From: Camelus ferus | Taxonomy: Eukaryota | Reading direction: 5' to 3' | DNA length: 64,000 nt | NCBI RefSeq assembly: GCF_009834535.1 | Contig: NC_045696.1 | Span: 10,294,001-10,358,000, forward strand | Shown: positions 63,631-64,000 of the stretch, one piece after another | Layout of the letters: each line of letters starts with the position of its first letter | Position numbering within the stretch: the stretch's first letter is position 1 | Position numbers and translations under genes: made by a program | Notes under the pieces: generated by a model | What the model saw: only the letters and a program-made list of their open reading frames with translations | Told to the model about the DNA's origin: nothing | Database searches by the model: none

Positions 63631-64000
63631 GGAAGGACATTTTAAGCTCATTTTATCCCTGACTCTAAGAAGGGTGGGTTGCTGTTATTAGTTTCCTTGG
63701 AAAGTCTGCATACGTACATGAAGCAACATGTGAAACTTTCTAGTTTCCATTATGAAATCAGGAATAAATGATCATTCCTGAAAGGTATGTAGGGAAGTAT
63801 TAAGTTTGTAAAGGTTATACACGCATTGGTTGATCTTAATCTTTGAAGAACTAGTACATATTGAGGAATTTCTCAATTACGGGTCTCATCTTCATATTTC
63901 TACAGCATTGCTCATTATATACACTTTTCAGTTTGTAAACTGAATATACTTAGAGCATTTCTAACAAGTATTTCAAATCTTTTGCTGTGCAGATTTTCTG

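Overview
Mammalian genomic DNA, most likely camelid because of eight insertion sites (nine copies) of a tRNA-derived SINE resembling the Tylopoda Vic-1 family. The gene order matches human 21q22.11, all on +: the last two coding exons of GART (336-739), the complete DNAJC28 gene (CpG-island promoter ~19.1-19.6 kb, single coding exon 21082-22245), and TMEM50B (CpG island/non-coding exon 1 at ~35.4 kb, four coding exons 54374-62167, 3' end outside the window). The rest is mostly L1, L2, MIR, DNA-transposon and solo-LTR relics. I do not see a new multi-gene system. The most unusual items are: (1) a 2.26-kb TSD-flanked retrocopy on - of GOLGA7 first coding exon plus apparently unspliced intron, ending at AATAAA and an A-rich tail, which suggests a fossil intronic-polyadenylation isoform lying divergent from the DNAJC28 promoter; (2) a 37-nt mitochondrial 16S rRNA fragment at an L1 breakpoint; (3) a spliced DNAJC28 uORF whose stop overlaps the main ATG (TAATG); (4) an in-frame, stop-free 96-nt last intron of GART. 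Gene and repeat names come from my recall of homologous sequences, not database searches, and boundaries of old repeats are approximate.
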